A stretch of 64,000 nt of DNA from the NCBI RefSeq assembly GCF_009914755.1, contig NC_060927.1; one strand, 5' to 3'. Origin of the DNA: the human T2T-CHM13v2.0 reference genome, Homo sapiens. Numbering within the stretch: position 1 is the stretch's first letter; the number at the start of each line of letters is the position of its first letter. Both the position numbers and the translations under genes were made by a program. The notes under the pieces are model-generated. The model was given only the letters and a program-made list of their open reading frames with translations. It had not been told where the DNA came from and did no database searches. Shown here one piece after another: positions 11,701 to 26,700 of this stretch.

Positions 11701-14700
11701 GAACTCTGTGAGTTGAATGCAGAGATCACAACGTGGTTTCGGCGAATGATTCTTTGCAGTTTTTACATGAAGATATTTCGTTGTCTACCGTAGGCTTCAA
11801 AGCACTCAAAGTATTCACTTGGAACTTTTACAAAAAGAGTGTTAGAAAACTGCTCTTTCCGAAGTAAGGTTCAACTCTGTGAGTTGAATGCACACATAAC
11901 AAACAAGAAGTTTCTGAGAATTCTTCTGTCCTGGTTTATATGAAAAAATCCCGTTTCCAACGAAGGCCTCAAAGACGTTTAAATATCCTCTTGCAGACTT
12001 CACAAACAGAGTGTTTCCAAACTGCTCTATGAAAAGAAAGGTTAAACTCTGTGAGTTGAACGCACACATCACAAAGTAGTTTCTGAGAATGATACTGTCT
12101 AGTTTTTATACGGAGATATTTCCTTTCCTACCATTGGCGTCAAAGCGCTAGAATTCTCCACTTGCAAATTCCACAAAAAGTGGGTTTCCAATCTGCTCTG
12201 CCTAAAGGAAGGTTCAACTCTGTGAGTTGAATACACACACACAAAGAAGCTACTGAGAATTCTTTTGTCAAGAATTATAAGAAGAAATCCCGTTTCCAAC
12301 GAAGGCCTCAAAGAGTTCCAAATATCCACTTGCACACTGTACAAACTAAGTCTTTCCAAACTGCTCTATGCAAAGAAATGTTCAACTCTGTGAGTTTAAT
12401 GCACACATCACAAAGCAGTTTCTGAGAATGATTCCCTCTAGTTTTTATACGAAGATAGCCTTTTCTACCATTGGCCTCAAGGCTCTTGGAATCTCCACCT
12501 GAAAATTCCGCAAAAAGCGTGTTTCCAATCCGCTCTGTCTAAAGGAAGGTTCAACTCTCTGAGTTGAATACATACATCTCAAAAGAAGTTACTGAGAATT
12601 CTTCTGTCTAGCATTATGTGAAGAAATCCCGTTTCCAACGAAAGCCTCAAAGAGGTCCAAATATCCAGTTGCAGAATTTACAAACTGACTGTTTCCAAAC
12701 TCATCTATGAAAAGAAAGGTTAAACTCTGTGAGTTGAATGCACATATCACAAAGTAGTTCCTGACAATGACTCTGTCTAGTTTTTATACGAAGATATTCC
12801 CTTTTCCACCAATGGCCACAAAGTGCTTGAAATCTCCCCTTGCAAATTCCACAGAAAAGTGTTTCAAATCTGTACTGTCTGAAGGAAGGTTCAACCCTGT
12901 GAGTTGAATACACACACACAGAAAAAAATTCACTGAGAATTCCATTGTCTATCATTACCCGAAGAAATCCCGTTTACTACGAAGGCCTCAAAGAGGTCCA
13001 AATATCCAGCTGCAGACATTCCAAACTGACTGTTTCCAAAGTGCTCTATGAAAAGAAGTGTTAAACACTGTGAGTTCAATGCACACATCCCAAAGCAGTT
13101 TCTGAGAATGATTCCGTCTATTTTTTCTACGAAGATATTTCCTTTTCTACCGTTGGCCTCAAAGCGCTTGAAATCTCCACTTGCAAATTCCACAAAAAGA
13201 GAGTTTCAAATCTGCTCTGTCTAAAGGAAGGTTCAACTCTGTGAGTTGAATACACAACACAAAAAGAAGTTACTGAGAATTCTTCTGTCTAGCATTATAT
13301 GAAAAATCCCGTTTCCAACGAAGGCCACAAAGAGGTCCAAATATCCACTTGCAGATTCTGAAAAAAGAGTGTCTCCAAACTGCTCTATGAAAAGAAACGT
13401 TAAACTCTGTGAGTTGAACGCAAACATCACAAAGTAGTTTCTGAGAATGACTCCGTCTAGTTTTTATACGAAGATATTTCCTTTTCTACCGTTGGCCTCA
13501 AAGCGCTTGAAGTCTCCCCCTGAAAATTCCACAAAAAGTGTTTCCAATCTGCTCCGCCTAAAGGAAGCTTCAACTCTGTGAGTTGAATACCCACAACACA
13601 AAGAAGTTACTGAGAATTCTTCTGTCTAGCATTATATGAAGAAATCCCGTTTCCAAAGAAGGCCTCAAATACATCCAAATATCCAGTGGCTGACTTTACA
13701 AACTGAGTGTTTCCAAGCTGCTCTATGAAAGGAAAGGTTAAACACTGTGAGTTGAACACACACGTACCAAAGTAGTTTCTGAGAATGATTCTGTCTAGTT
13801 GGCATACGAAGATATTTCCTTTTCTACCATTGGCCTCAATGCTTTGAAATCTCCACTTGCAAATTCCACAAAAAGAGAGTTTCATATCTGCTGTTTCTAA
13901 AGGAAAGTTCAACTCTGAGAGTTGAATACACACCAGAAAAACCAGTTACTGAGAAGTCTTCTGTCTAGCATTATATGAAGAAATCCCATTTCCAACGAAG
14001 ACTTCAAAGAGGTCCAAATATCCACTTCCAGATTCCGCAAAAAGGGTGTTTCGAAACAACTGTATGAAAAGAAAGGTTAAACACTGTGAGTTGAAGGCAC
14101 ACATTGCAAAGCAGTTTCTGAGAATGATTCCATCTAATTATTATACGAAGGTATTTCCTTTTCTATCATGGGCCTCAAAGCGCTTGATACCTCCACCTGA
14201 ACATTCCACAAAAAGAGTGTTTCCAATCTACTCTGTCTAAGGGAACGTTCAACTCTGTGAGTTGAGTACACACACACAGAAAGAATTCACTGAGAGTTCT
14301 TCTGTCTGGGATTACATGAAGAAATCCCGTTTCCAACGATGGCCTCAAAAAGGTCCAAATATCCACTTGCAGATTCTGGAAAAAGAGTGTTTCAAAACCG
14401 CTCTATGAAAAGGAATGTTGAACTCTGTGAGTTGAATGCAAACATCACAACTCAGTTTCTGAGAATGCTTCTGACTAGATTTTATGGTCAGATATTTCCT
14501 TTTCTACCGTAGGCCTCAATGCCCTCTAAATACACCCTTGCAAATTCTACAAAGAGACTGTTTAATAACTGCTCTATAGGAAGAAAGGTTGAACTCTGTG
14601 AGTTGAATGCAGAGATCACAACGTGGTTTCGGCGAATGATTCTTTGCAGTTTTTACATGAAGATATTTCGTTGTCTACCGTAGGCTTCAAAGCACTCAAA

Positions 14701-17700
14701 GTATTCACTTGGAACTTTTACAAAAAGAGTGTTAGAAAACTGCTCTTTCCGAAGTAAGGTTCAACTCTGTGAGTTGAATGCACACATAACAAACAAGAAG
14801 TTTCTGAGAATTCTTCTGTCCTGGTTTATATGAAAAAATCCCGTTTCCAACGAAGGCCTCAAAGACGTTTAAATATCCACTTGCAGACTTCACAAACAGA
14901 GTGTTTCCAAACTGCTCTATGAAAAGAAAGGTTAAACTCTGTGAGTTGAACGCACACATCACAAAGTAGTTTCTGAGAATGATACTGTCTAGTTTTTATA
15001 CGGAGATATTTCCTTTCCTACCATTGGCGTCAAAGCGCTAGAATTCTCCACTTGCAAATTCCACAAAAAGTGGGTTTCCAATCTGCTCTGCCTAAAGGAA
15101 GGTTCAACTCTGTGAGTTGAATACACACACACAAAGAAGCTACTGAGAATTCTTTTGTCAAGAATTATAAGAAGAAATCCCGTTTCCAACGAAGGCCTCA
15201 AAGAGTTCCAAATATCCACTTGCACACTGTACAAACTAAGTCTTTCCAAACTGCTCTATGCAAAGAAATGTTCAACTCTGTGAGTTTAATGCACACATCA
15301 CAAAGCAGTTTCTGAGAATGATTCCCTCTAGTTTTTATACGAAGATAGCCTTTTCTACCATTGGCCTCAAGGCTCTTGGAATCTCCACCTGAAAATTCCG
15401 CAAAAAGCGTGTTTCCAATCCGCTCTGTCTAAAGGAAGGTTCAACTCTCTGAGTTGAATACATACATCCCAAAAGAAGTTACTGAGAATTCTTCTGTCTA
15501 GCATTATGTGAAGAAATCCCGTTTCCAACGAAAGCCTCAAAGAGGTCCAAATATCCAGTTGCAGAATTTACAAACTGACTGTTTCCAAACTCATCTATGA
15601 AAAGAAAGGTTAAACTCTGTGAGTTGAATGCACATATCACAAAGTAGTTCCTGACAATGACTCTGTCTAGTTTTTATACGAAGATATTCCCTTTTCCACC
15701 AATGGCCACAAAGTGCTTGAAATCTCCCCTTGCAAATTCCACAGAAAAGTGTTTCAAATCTGTACTGTCTGAAGGAAGGTTCAACCCTGTGAGTTGAATA
15801 CACACACACAGAAAAAAATTCACTGAGAATTCTATTGTCTATCATTACCCGAAGAAATCCCGTTTACTACGAAGGCCTCAAAGAGGTCCAAATATCCAGC
15901 TGCAGACATTCCAAACTGACTGTTTCCAAAGTGCTCTATGAAAAGAAGTGTTAAACACTGTGAGTTCAATGCACACATCCCAAAGCAGTTTCTGAGAATG
16001 ATTCCGTCTATTTTTTCTACGAAGATATTTCCTTTTCTACCGTTGGCCTCAAAGCGCTTGAAATCTCCACTTGCAAATTCCACAAAAAGAGAGTTTCAAA
16101 TCTGCTCTGTCTAAAGGAAGGTTCAACTCTGTGAGTTGAATACACACCACAAAAAGAAGTTACTGAGAATTCTTCTGTCTAGCATTATATGAAAAATCCC
16201 GTTTCCAACGAAGGCCACAAAGAGGTCCAAATATCCACTTGCAGATTCTGCAAAAAGAGTGTCTCCAAACTGCTCTATGAAAAGAAACGTTAAACTCTGT
16301 GAGTTGAACGCAAACATCACAAAGTAGTTTCTGAGAATGACTCCGTCTAGTTTTTATACGAAGATATTTCCTTTTCTACCGTTGGCCTCAAAGCGCTTGA
16401 AGTCTCCCCCTGAAAATTCCACAAAAAGTGTTTCCAATCTGCTCCGCCTAAAGGAAGCTTCAACTCTGTGAGTTGAATACCCACAACACAAAGAAGTTAC
16501 TGAGAATTCTTCTGTCTAGCATTATATGAAGAAATCCCGTTTCCAACGAAGGCCTCAAATACATCCAAATATCCAGTGGCTGACTTTACAAACTGAGTGT
16601 TTCCAAGCTGCTCTATGAAAGGAAAGGTTAAACACTGTGAGTTGAACACACACGTACCAAAGTAGTTTCTGAGAATGATTCTGTCTAGTTGGCATACGAA
16701 GATATTTCCTTTTCTACCATTGGCCTCAATGCTTTGAAATCTCCACTTGCAAATTCCACAAAAAGAGAGTTTCATATCTGCTGTTTCTAAAGGAAAGTTC
16801 AACTCTGAGAGTTGAATACACACCAGAAAAACCAGTTACTGAGAAGTCTTCTGTCTAGCATTATATGAAGAAATCCCATTTCCAACGAAGACTTCAAAGA
16901 GGTCCAAATATCCACTTCCAGATTCCGCAAAAAGGGTGTTTCGAAACAACTGTATGAAAAGAAAGGTTAAACACTGTGAGTTGAAGGCACACATTGCAAA
17001 GCAGTTTCTGAGAATGATTCCATCTAATTATTATACGAAGGTATTTCCTTTTCTATCATGGGCCTCAAAGCGCTTGATACCTCCACGTGAACATTCCACA
17101 AAAAGAGTGTTTCCAATCTACTCTGTCTAAGGGAACGTTCAACTCTGTGAGTTGAGTACACACACACAGAAAGAATTCACTGAGAGTTCTTCTGTCTGGG
17201 ATTACATGAAGAAATCCCGTTTCCAACGAAGGCCTCAAAGAGGTCCAAATATCCACTTGCAGATTCTGGAAAAAGAGTGTTTCAAAACCGCTCTATGAAA
17301 AGGAATGTTGAACTCTGTGAGTTGAATGCAAACATCACAACTCAGTTTCTGAGAATGCTTCTGACTAGATTTTATGGTCAGATATTTCCTTTTCTACCGT
17401 AGGCCTCAATGCCCTCTAAATACACCCTTGCAAATTCTACAAAGAGACTGTTTAATAACTGCTCTATAGGAAGAAAGGTTGAACTCTGTGAGTTGAATGC
17501 AGAGATCACAACGTGGTTTCGGCGAATGATTCTTTGCAGTTTTTACATGAAGATATTTCGTTGTCTACCGTAGGCTTCAAAGCACTCAAAGTATTCACTT
17601 GGAACTTTTACAAAAAGAGTGTTAGAAAACTGCTCTTTCCGAAGTAAGGTTCAACTCTGTGAGTTGAATGCACACATAACAAACAAGAAGTTTCTGAGAA

Positions 17701-20700
17701 TTCTTCTGTCCTGGTTTATATGAAAAAATCCCGTTTCCAACGAAGGCCTCAAAGACGTTTAAATATCCTCTTGCAGACTTCACAAACAGAGTGTTTCCAA
17801 ACTGCTCTATGAAAAGAAAGGTTAAACTCTGTGAGTTGAACGCACACATCACAAAGTAGTTTCTGAGAATGATACTGTCTAGTTTTTATACGGAGATATT
17901 TCCTTTCCTACCATTGGCGTCAAAGCGCTAGAATTCTCCACTTGCAAATTCCACAAAAAGTGGGTTTCCAATCTGCTCTGCCTAAAGGAAGGTTCAACTC
18001 TGTGAGTTGAATACACACACACAAAGAAGCTACTGAGAATTCTTTTGTCAAGAATTATAAGAAGAAATCCCGTTTCCAACGAAGGCCTCAAAGAGTTCCA
18101 AATATCCACTTGCACACTGTACAAACTAAGTCTTTCCAAACTGCTCTATGCAAAGAAATGTTCAACTCTGTGAGTTTAATGCACACATCACAAAGCAGTT
18201 TCTGAGAATGATTCCCTCTAGTTTTTATACGAAGATAGCCTTTTCTACCATTGGCCTCAAGGCTCTTGGAATCTCCACCTGAAAATTCCGCAAAAAGCGT
18301 GTTTCCAATCCGCTCTGTCTAAAGGAAGGTTCAACTCTCTGAGTTGAATACATACATCCCAAAAGAAGTTACTGAGAATTCTTCTGTCTAGCATTATGTG
18401 AAGAAATCCCGTTTCCAACGAAAGCCTCAAAGAGGTCCAAATATCCAGTTGCAGAATTTACAAACTGACTGTTTCCAAACTCATCTATGAAAAGAAAGGT
18501 TAAACTCTGTGAGTTGAATGCACATATCACAAAGTAGTTCCTGACAATGACTCTGTCTAGTTTTTATACGAAGATATTCCCTTTTCCACCAATGGCCACA
18601 AAGTGCTTGAAATCTCCCCTTGCAAATTCCACAGAAAAGTGTTTCAAATCTGTACTGTCTGAAGGAAGGTTCAACCCTGTGAGTTGAATACACACACACA
18701 GAAAAAAATTCACTGAGAATTCCATTGTCTATCATTACCCGAAGAAATCCCGTTTACTACGAAGGCCTCAAAGAGGTCCAAATATCCAGCTGCAGACATT
18801 CCAAACTGACTGTTTCCAAAGTGCTCTATGAAAAGAAGTGTTAAACACTGTGAGTTCAATGCACACATCCCAAAGCAGTTTCTGAGAATGATTCCGTCTA
18901 TTTTTTCTACGAAGATATTTCCTTTTCTACCGTTGGCCTCAAAGCGCTTGAAATCTCCACTTGCAAATTCCACAAAAAGAGAGTTTCAAATCTGCTCTGT
19001 CTAAAGGAAGGTTCAACTCTGTGAGTTGAATACACAACACAAAAAGAAGTTACTGAGAATTCTTCTGTCTAGCATTATATGAAAAATCCCGTTTCCAACG
19101 AAGGCCACAAAGAGGTCCAAATATCCACTTGCAGATTCTGAAAAAAGAGTGTCTCCAAACTGCTCTATGAAAAGAAACGTTAAACTCTGTGAGTTGAACG
19201 CAAACATCACAAAGTAGTTTCTGAGAATGACTCCGTCTAGTTTTTATACGAAGATATTTCCTTTTCTACCGTTGGCCTCAAAGCGCTTGAAGTCTCCCCC
19301 TGAAAATTCCACAAAAAGTGTTTCCAATCTGCTCCGCCTAAAGGAAGCTTCAACTCTGTGAGTTGAATACCCACAACACAAAGAAGTTACTGAGAATTCT
19401 TCTGTCTAGCATTATATGAAGAAATCCCGTTTCCAAAGAAGGCCTCAAATACATCCAAATATCCAGTGGCTGACTTTACAAACTGAGTGTTTCCAAGCTG
19501 CTCTATGAAAGGAAAGGTTAAACACTGTGAGTTGAACACACACGTACCAAAGTAGTTTCTGAGAATGATTCTGTCTAGTTGGCATACGAAGATATTTCCT
19601 TTTCTACCATTGGCCTCAATGCTTTGAAATCTCCACTTGCAAATTCCACAAAAAGAGAGTTTCATATCTGCTGTTTCTAAAGGAAAGTTCAACTCTGAGA
19701 GTTGAATACACACCAGAAAAACCAGTTACTGAGAAGTCTTCTGTCTAGCATTATATGAAGAAATCCCATTTCCAACGAAGACTTCAAAGAGGTCCAAATA
19801 TCCACTTCCAGATTCCGCAAAAAGGGTGTTTCGAAACAACTGTATGAAAAGAAAGGTTAAACACTGTGAGTTGAAGGCACACATTGCAAAGCAGTTTCTG
19901 AGAATGATTCCATCTAATTATTATACGAAGGTATTTCCTTTTCTATCATGGGCCTCAAAGCGCTTGATACCTCCACCTGAACATTCCACAAAAAGAGTGT
20001 TTCCAATCTACTCTGTCTAAGGGAACGTTCAACTCTGTGAGTTGAGTACACACACACAGAAAGAATTCACTGAGAGTTCTTCTGTCTGGGATTACATGAA
20101 GAAATCCCGTTTCCAACGATGGCCTCAAAAAGGTCCAAATATCCACTTGCAGATTCTGGAAAAAGAGTGTTTCAAAACCGCTCTATGAAAAGGAATGTTG
20201 AACTCTGTGAGTTGAATGCAAACATCACAACTCAGTTTCTGAGAATGCTTCTGACTAGATTTTATGGTCAGATATTTCCTTTTCTACCGTAGGCCTCAAT
20301 GCCCTCTAAATACACCCTTGCAAATTCTACAAAGAGACTGTTTAATAACTGCTCTATAGGAAGAAAGGTTGAACTCTGTGAGTTGAATGCAGAGATCACA
20401 ACGTGGTTTCGGCGAATGATTCTTTGCAGTTTTTACATGAAGATATTTCGTTGTCTACCGTAGGCTTCAAAGCACTCAAAGTATTCACTTGGAACTTTTA
20501 CAAAAAGAGTGTTAGAAAACTGCTCTTTCCGAAGTAAGGTTCAACTCTGTGAGTTGAATGCACACATAACAAACAAGAAGTTTCTGAGAATTCTTCTGTC
20601 CTGGTTTATATGAAAAAATCCCGTTTCCAACGAAGGCCTCAAAGACGTTTAAATATCCACTTGCAGACTTCACAAACAGAGTGTTTCCAAACTGCTCTAT

Positions 20701-23700
20701 GAAAAGAAAGGTTAAACTCTGTGAGTTGAACGCACACATCACAAAGTAGTTTCTGAGAATGATACTGTCTAGTTTTTATACGGAGATATTTCCTTTCCTA
20801 CCATTGGCGTCAAAGCGCTAGAATTCTCCACTTGCAAATTCCACAAAAAGTGGGTTTCCAATCTGCTCTGCCTAAAGGAAGGTTCAACTCTGTGAGTTGA
20901 ATACACACACACAAAGAAGCTACTGAGAATTCTTTTGTCAAGAATTATAAGAAGAAATCCCGTTTCCAACGAAGGCCTCAAAGAGTTCCAAATATCCACT
21001 TGCACACTGTACAAACTAAGTCTTTCCAAACTGCTCTATGCAAAGAAATGTTCAACTCTGTGAGTTTAATGCACACATCACAAAGCAGTTTCTGAGAATG
21101 ATTCCCTCTAGTTTTTATACGAAGATAGCCTTTTCTACCATTGGCCTCAAGGCTCTTGGAATCTCCACCTGAAAATTCCGCAAAAAGCGTGTTTCCAATC
21201 CGCTCTGTCTAAAGGAAGGTTCAACTCTCTGAGTTGAATACATACATCCCAAAAGAAGTTACTGAGAATTCTTCTGTCTAGCATTATGTGAAGAAATCCC
21301 GTTTCCAACGAAAGCCTCAAAGAGGTCCAAATATCCAGTTGCAGAATTTACAAACTGACTGTTTCCAAACTCATCTATGAAAAGAAAGGTTAAACTCTGT
21401 GAGTTGAATGCACATATCACAAAGTAGTTCCTGACAATGACTCTGTCTAGTTTTTATACGAAGATATTCCCTTTTCCACCAATGGCCACAAAGTGCTTGA
21501 AATCTCCCCTTGCAAATTCCACAGAAAAGTGTTTCAAATCTGTACTGTCTGAAGGAAGGTTCAACCCTGTGAGTTGAATACACACACACAGAAAAAAATT
21601 CACTGAGAATTCTATTGTCTATCATTACCCGAAGAAATCCCGTTTACTACGAAGGCCTCAAAGAGGTCCAAATATCCAGCTGCAGACATTCCAAACTGAC
21701 TGTTTCCAAAGTGCTCTATGAAAAGAAGTGTTAAACACTGTGAGTTCAATGCACACATCCCAAAGCAGTTTCTGAGAATGATTCCGTCTATTTTTTCTAC
21801 GAAGATATTTCCTTTTCTACCGTTGGCCTCAAAGCGCTTGAAATCTCCACTTGCAAATTCCACAAAAAGAGAGTTTCAAATCTGCTCTGTCTAAAGGAAG
21901 GTTCAACTCTGTGAGTTGAACACACACCACAAAAAGAAGTTACTGAGAATTCTTCTGTCTAGCATTATATGAAAAATCCCGTTTCCAACGAAGGCCACAA
22001 AGAGGTCCAAATATCCACTTGCAGATTCTGCAAAAAGAGTGTCTCCAAACTGCTCTATGAAAAGAAACGTTAAACTCTGTGAGTTGAACGCAAACATCAC
22101 AAAGTAGTTTCTGAGAATGACTCCGTCTAGTTTTTATACGAAGATATTTCCTTTTCTACCGTTGGCCTCAAAGCGCTTGAAGTCTCCCCCTGAAAATTCC
22201 ACAAAAAGTGTTTCCAATCTGCTCCGCCTAAAGGAAGCTTCAACTCTGTGAGTTGAATACCCACAACACAAAGAAGTTACTGAGAATTCTTCTGTCTAGC
22301 ATTATATGAAGAAATCCCGTTTCCAACGAAGGCCTCAAATACATCCAAATATCCAGTGGCTGACTTTACAAACTGAGTGTTTCCAAGCTGCTCTATGAAA
22401 GGAAAGGTTAAACACTGTGAGTTGAACACACACGTACCAAAGTAGTTTCTGAGAATGATTCTGTCTAGTTGGCATACGAAGATATTTCCTTTTCTACCAT
22501 TGGCCTCAATGCTTTGAAATCTCCACTTGCAAATTCCACAAAAAGAGAGTTTCATATCTGCTGTTTCTAAAGGAAAGTTCAACTCTGAGAGTTGAATACA
22601 CACCAGAAAAACCAGTTACTGAGAAGTCTTCTGTCTAGCATTATATGAAGAAATCCCATTTCCAACGAAGACTTCAAAGAGGTCCAAATATCCACTTCCA
22701 GATTCCGCAAAAAGGGTGTTTCGAAACAACTGTATGAAAAGAAAGGTTAAACACTGTGAGTTGAAGGCACACATTGCAAAGCAGTTTCTGAGAATGATTC
22801 CATCTAATTATTATACGAAGGTATTTCCTTTTCTATCATGGGCCTCAAAGCGCTTGATACCTCCACGTGAACATTCCACAAAAAGAGTGTTTCCAATCTA
22901 CTCTGTCTAAGGGAACGTTCAACTCTGTGAGTTGAGTACACACACACAGAAAGAATTCACTGAGAGTTCTTCTGTCTGGGATTACATGAAGAAATCCCGT
23001 TTCCAACGAAGGCCTCAAAGAGGTCCAAATATCCACTTGCAGATTCTGGAAAAAGAGTGTTTCAAAACCGCTCTATGAAAAGGAATGTTGAACTCTGTGA
23101 GTTGAATGCAAACATCACAACTCAGTTTCTGAGAATGCTTCTGACTAGATTTTATGGTCAGATATTTCCTTTTCTACCGTAGGCCTCAATGCCCTCTAAA
23201 TACACCCTTGCAAATTCTACAAAGAGACTGTTTAATAACTGCTCTATAGGAAGAAAGGTTGAACTCTGTGAGTTGAATGCAGAGATCACAACGTGGTTTC
23301 GGCGAATGATTCTTTGCAGTTTTTACATGAAGATATTTCGTTGTCTACCGTAGGCTTCAAAGCACTCAAAGTATTCACTTGGAACTTTTACAAAAAGAGT
23401 GTTAGAAAACTGCTCTTTCCGAAGTAAGGTTCAACTCTGTGAGTTGAATGCACACATAACAAACAAGAAGTTTCTGAGAATTCTTCTGTCCTGGTTTATA
23501 TGAAAAAATCCCGTTTCCAACGAAGGCCTCAAAGACGTTTAAATATCCTCTTGCAGACTTCACAAACAGAGTGTTTCCAAACTGCTCTATGAAAAGAAAG
23601 GTTAAACTCTGTGAGTTGAACGCACACATCATAAAGTAGTTTCTGAGAATGATACTGTCTAGTTTTTATACGGAGATATTTCCTTTCCTACCATTGGCGT

Positions 23701-26700
23701 CAAAGCGCTAGAATTCTCCACTTGCAAATTCCACAAAAAGTGGGTTTCCAATCTGCTCTGCCTAAAGGAAGGTTCAACTCTGTGAGTTGAATACACACAC
23801 ACAAAGAAGCTACTGAGAATTCTTTTGTCAAGAATTATAAGAAGAAATCCCGTTTCCAACGAAGGCCTCAAAGAGTTCCAAATATCCACTTGCACACTGT
23901 ACAAACTAAGTCTTTCCAAACTGCTCTATGCAAAGAAATGTTCAACTCTGTGAGTTTAATGCACACATCACAAAGCAGTTTCTGAGAATGATTCCCTCTA
24001 GTTTTTATACGAAGATAGCCTTTTCTACCATTGGCCTCAAGGCTCTTGGAATCTCCACCTGAAAATTCCGCAAAAAGCGTGTTTCCAATCCGCTCTGTCT
24101 AAAGGAAGGTTCAACTCTCTGAGTTGAATACATACATCCCAAAAGAAGTTACTGAGAATTCTTCTGTCTAGCATTATGTGAAGAAATCCCGTTTCCAACG
24201 AAAGCCTCAAAGAGGTCCAAATATCCAGTTGCAGAATTTACAAACTGACTGTTTCCAAACTCATCTATGAAAAGAAAGGTTAAACTCTGTGAGTTGAATG
24301 CACATATCACAAAGTAGTTCCTGACAATGACTCTGTCTAGTTTTTATACGAAGATATTCCCTTTTCCACCAATGGCCACAAAGTGCTTGAAATCTCCCCT
24401 TGCAAATTCCACAGAAAAGTGTTTCAAATCTGTACTGTCTGAAGGAAGGTTCAACCCTGTGAGTTGAATACACACACACAGAAAAAAATTCACTGAGAAT
24501 TCTATTGTCTATCATTACCCGAAGAAATCCCGTTTACTACGAAGGCCTCAAAGAGGTCCAAATATCCAGCTGCAGACATTCCAAACTGACTGTTTCCAAA
24601 GTGCTCTATGAAAAGAAGTGTTAAACACTGTGAGTTCAATGCACACATCCCAAAGCAGTTTCTGAGAATGATTCCGTCTATTTTTTCTACGAAGATATTT
24701 GCTTTTCTACCGTTGGCCTCAAAGCGCTTGAAATCTCCACTTGCAAATTCCACAAAAAGAGAGTTTCAAATCTGCTCTGTCTAAAGGAAGGTTCAACTCT
24801 GTGAGTTGAACACACACCACAAAAAGAAGTTACTGAGAATTCTTCTGTCTAGCATTATATGAAAAATCCCGTTTCCAACGAAGGCCACAAAGAGGTCCAA
24901 ATATCCACTTGCAGATTCTGCAAAAAGAGTGTCTCCAAACTGCTCTATGAAAAGAAACGTTAAACTCTGTGAGTTGAACGCAAACATCACAAAGTAGTTT
25001 CTGAGAATGACTCCGTCTAGTTTTTATACGAAGATATTTCCTTTTCTACCGTTGGCCTCAAAGCGCTTGAAGTCTCCCCCTGAAAATTCCACAAAAAGTG
25101 TTTCCAATCTGCTCCGCCTAAAGGAAGCTTCAACTCTGTGAGTTGAATACCCACAACACAAAGAAGTTACTGAGAATTCTTCTGTCTAGCATTATATGAA
25201 GAAATCCCGTTTCCAACGAAGGCCTCAAATACATCCAAATATCCAGTGGCTGACTTTACAAACTGAGTGTTTCCAAGCTGCTCTATGAAAGGAAAGGTTA
25301 AACACTGTGAGTTGAACACACACGTACCAAAGTAGTTTCTGAGAATGATTCTGTCTAGTTGGCATACGAAGATATTTCCTTTTCTACCATTGGCCTCAAT
25401 GCTTTGAAATCTCCACTTGCAAATTCCACAAAAAGAGAGTTTCATATCTGCTGTTTCTAAAGGAAAGTTCAACTCTGAGAGTTGAATACACACCAGAAAA
25501 ACCAGTTACTGAGAAGTCTTCTGTCTAGCATTATATGAAGAAATCCCATTTCCAATGAAGACTTCAAAGAGGTCCAAATATCCACTTCCAGATTCCGCAA
25601 AAAGGGTGTTTCGAAACAACTGTATGAAAAGAAAGGTTAAACACTGTGAGTTGAAGGCACACATTGCAAAGCAGTTTCTGAGAATGATTCCATCTAATTA
25701 TTATACGAAGGTATTTCCTTTTCTATCATGGGCCTCAAAGCGCTTGATACCTCCACCTGAACATTCCACAAAAAGAGTGTTTCCAATCTACTCTGTCTAA
25801 GGGAACGTTCAACTCTGTGAGTTGAGTACACACACACAGAAAGAATTCACTGAGAGTTCTTCTGTCTGGGATTACATGAAGAAATCCCGTTTCCAACGAA
25901 GGCCTCAAAGAGGTCCAAATATCCACTTGCAGATTCTGGAAAAAGAGTGTTTCAAAACCGCTCTATGAAAAGGAATGTTGAACTCTGTGAGTTGAATGCA
26001 AACATCACAACTCAGTTTCTGAGAATGCTTCTGACTAGATTTTATGGTCAGATATTTCCTTTTCTACCGTAGGCCTCAATGCCCTCTAAATACACCCTTG
26101 CAAATTCTACAAAGAGACTGTTTAATAACTGCTCTATAGGAAGAAAGGTTGAACTCTGTGAGTTGAATGCAGAGATCACAACGTGGTTTCGGCGAATGAT
26201 TCTTTGCAGTTTTTACATGAAGATATTTCGTTGTCTACCGTAGGCTTCAAAGCACTCAAAGTATTCACTTGGAACTTTTACAAAAAGAGTGTTAGAAAAC
26301 TGCTCTTTCCGAAGTAAGGTTCAACTCTGTGAGTTGAATGCACACATAACAAACAAGAAGTTTCTGAGAATTCTTCTGTCCTGGTTTATATGAAAAAATC
26401 CCGTTTCCAACGAAGGCCTCAAAGACGTTTAAATATCCACTTGCAGACTTCACAAACAGAGTGTTTCCAAACTGCTCTATGAAAAGAAAGGTTAAACTCT
26501 GTGAGTTGAACGCACACATCACAAAGTAGTTTCTGAGAATGATACTGTCTAGTTTTTATACGGAGATATTTCCTTTCCTACCATTGGCGTCAAAGCGCTA
26601 GAATTCTCCACTTGCAAATTCCACAAAAAGTGGGTTTCCAATCTGCTCTGCCTAAAGGAAGGTTCAACTCTGTGAGTTGAATACACACACACAAAGAAGC

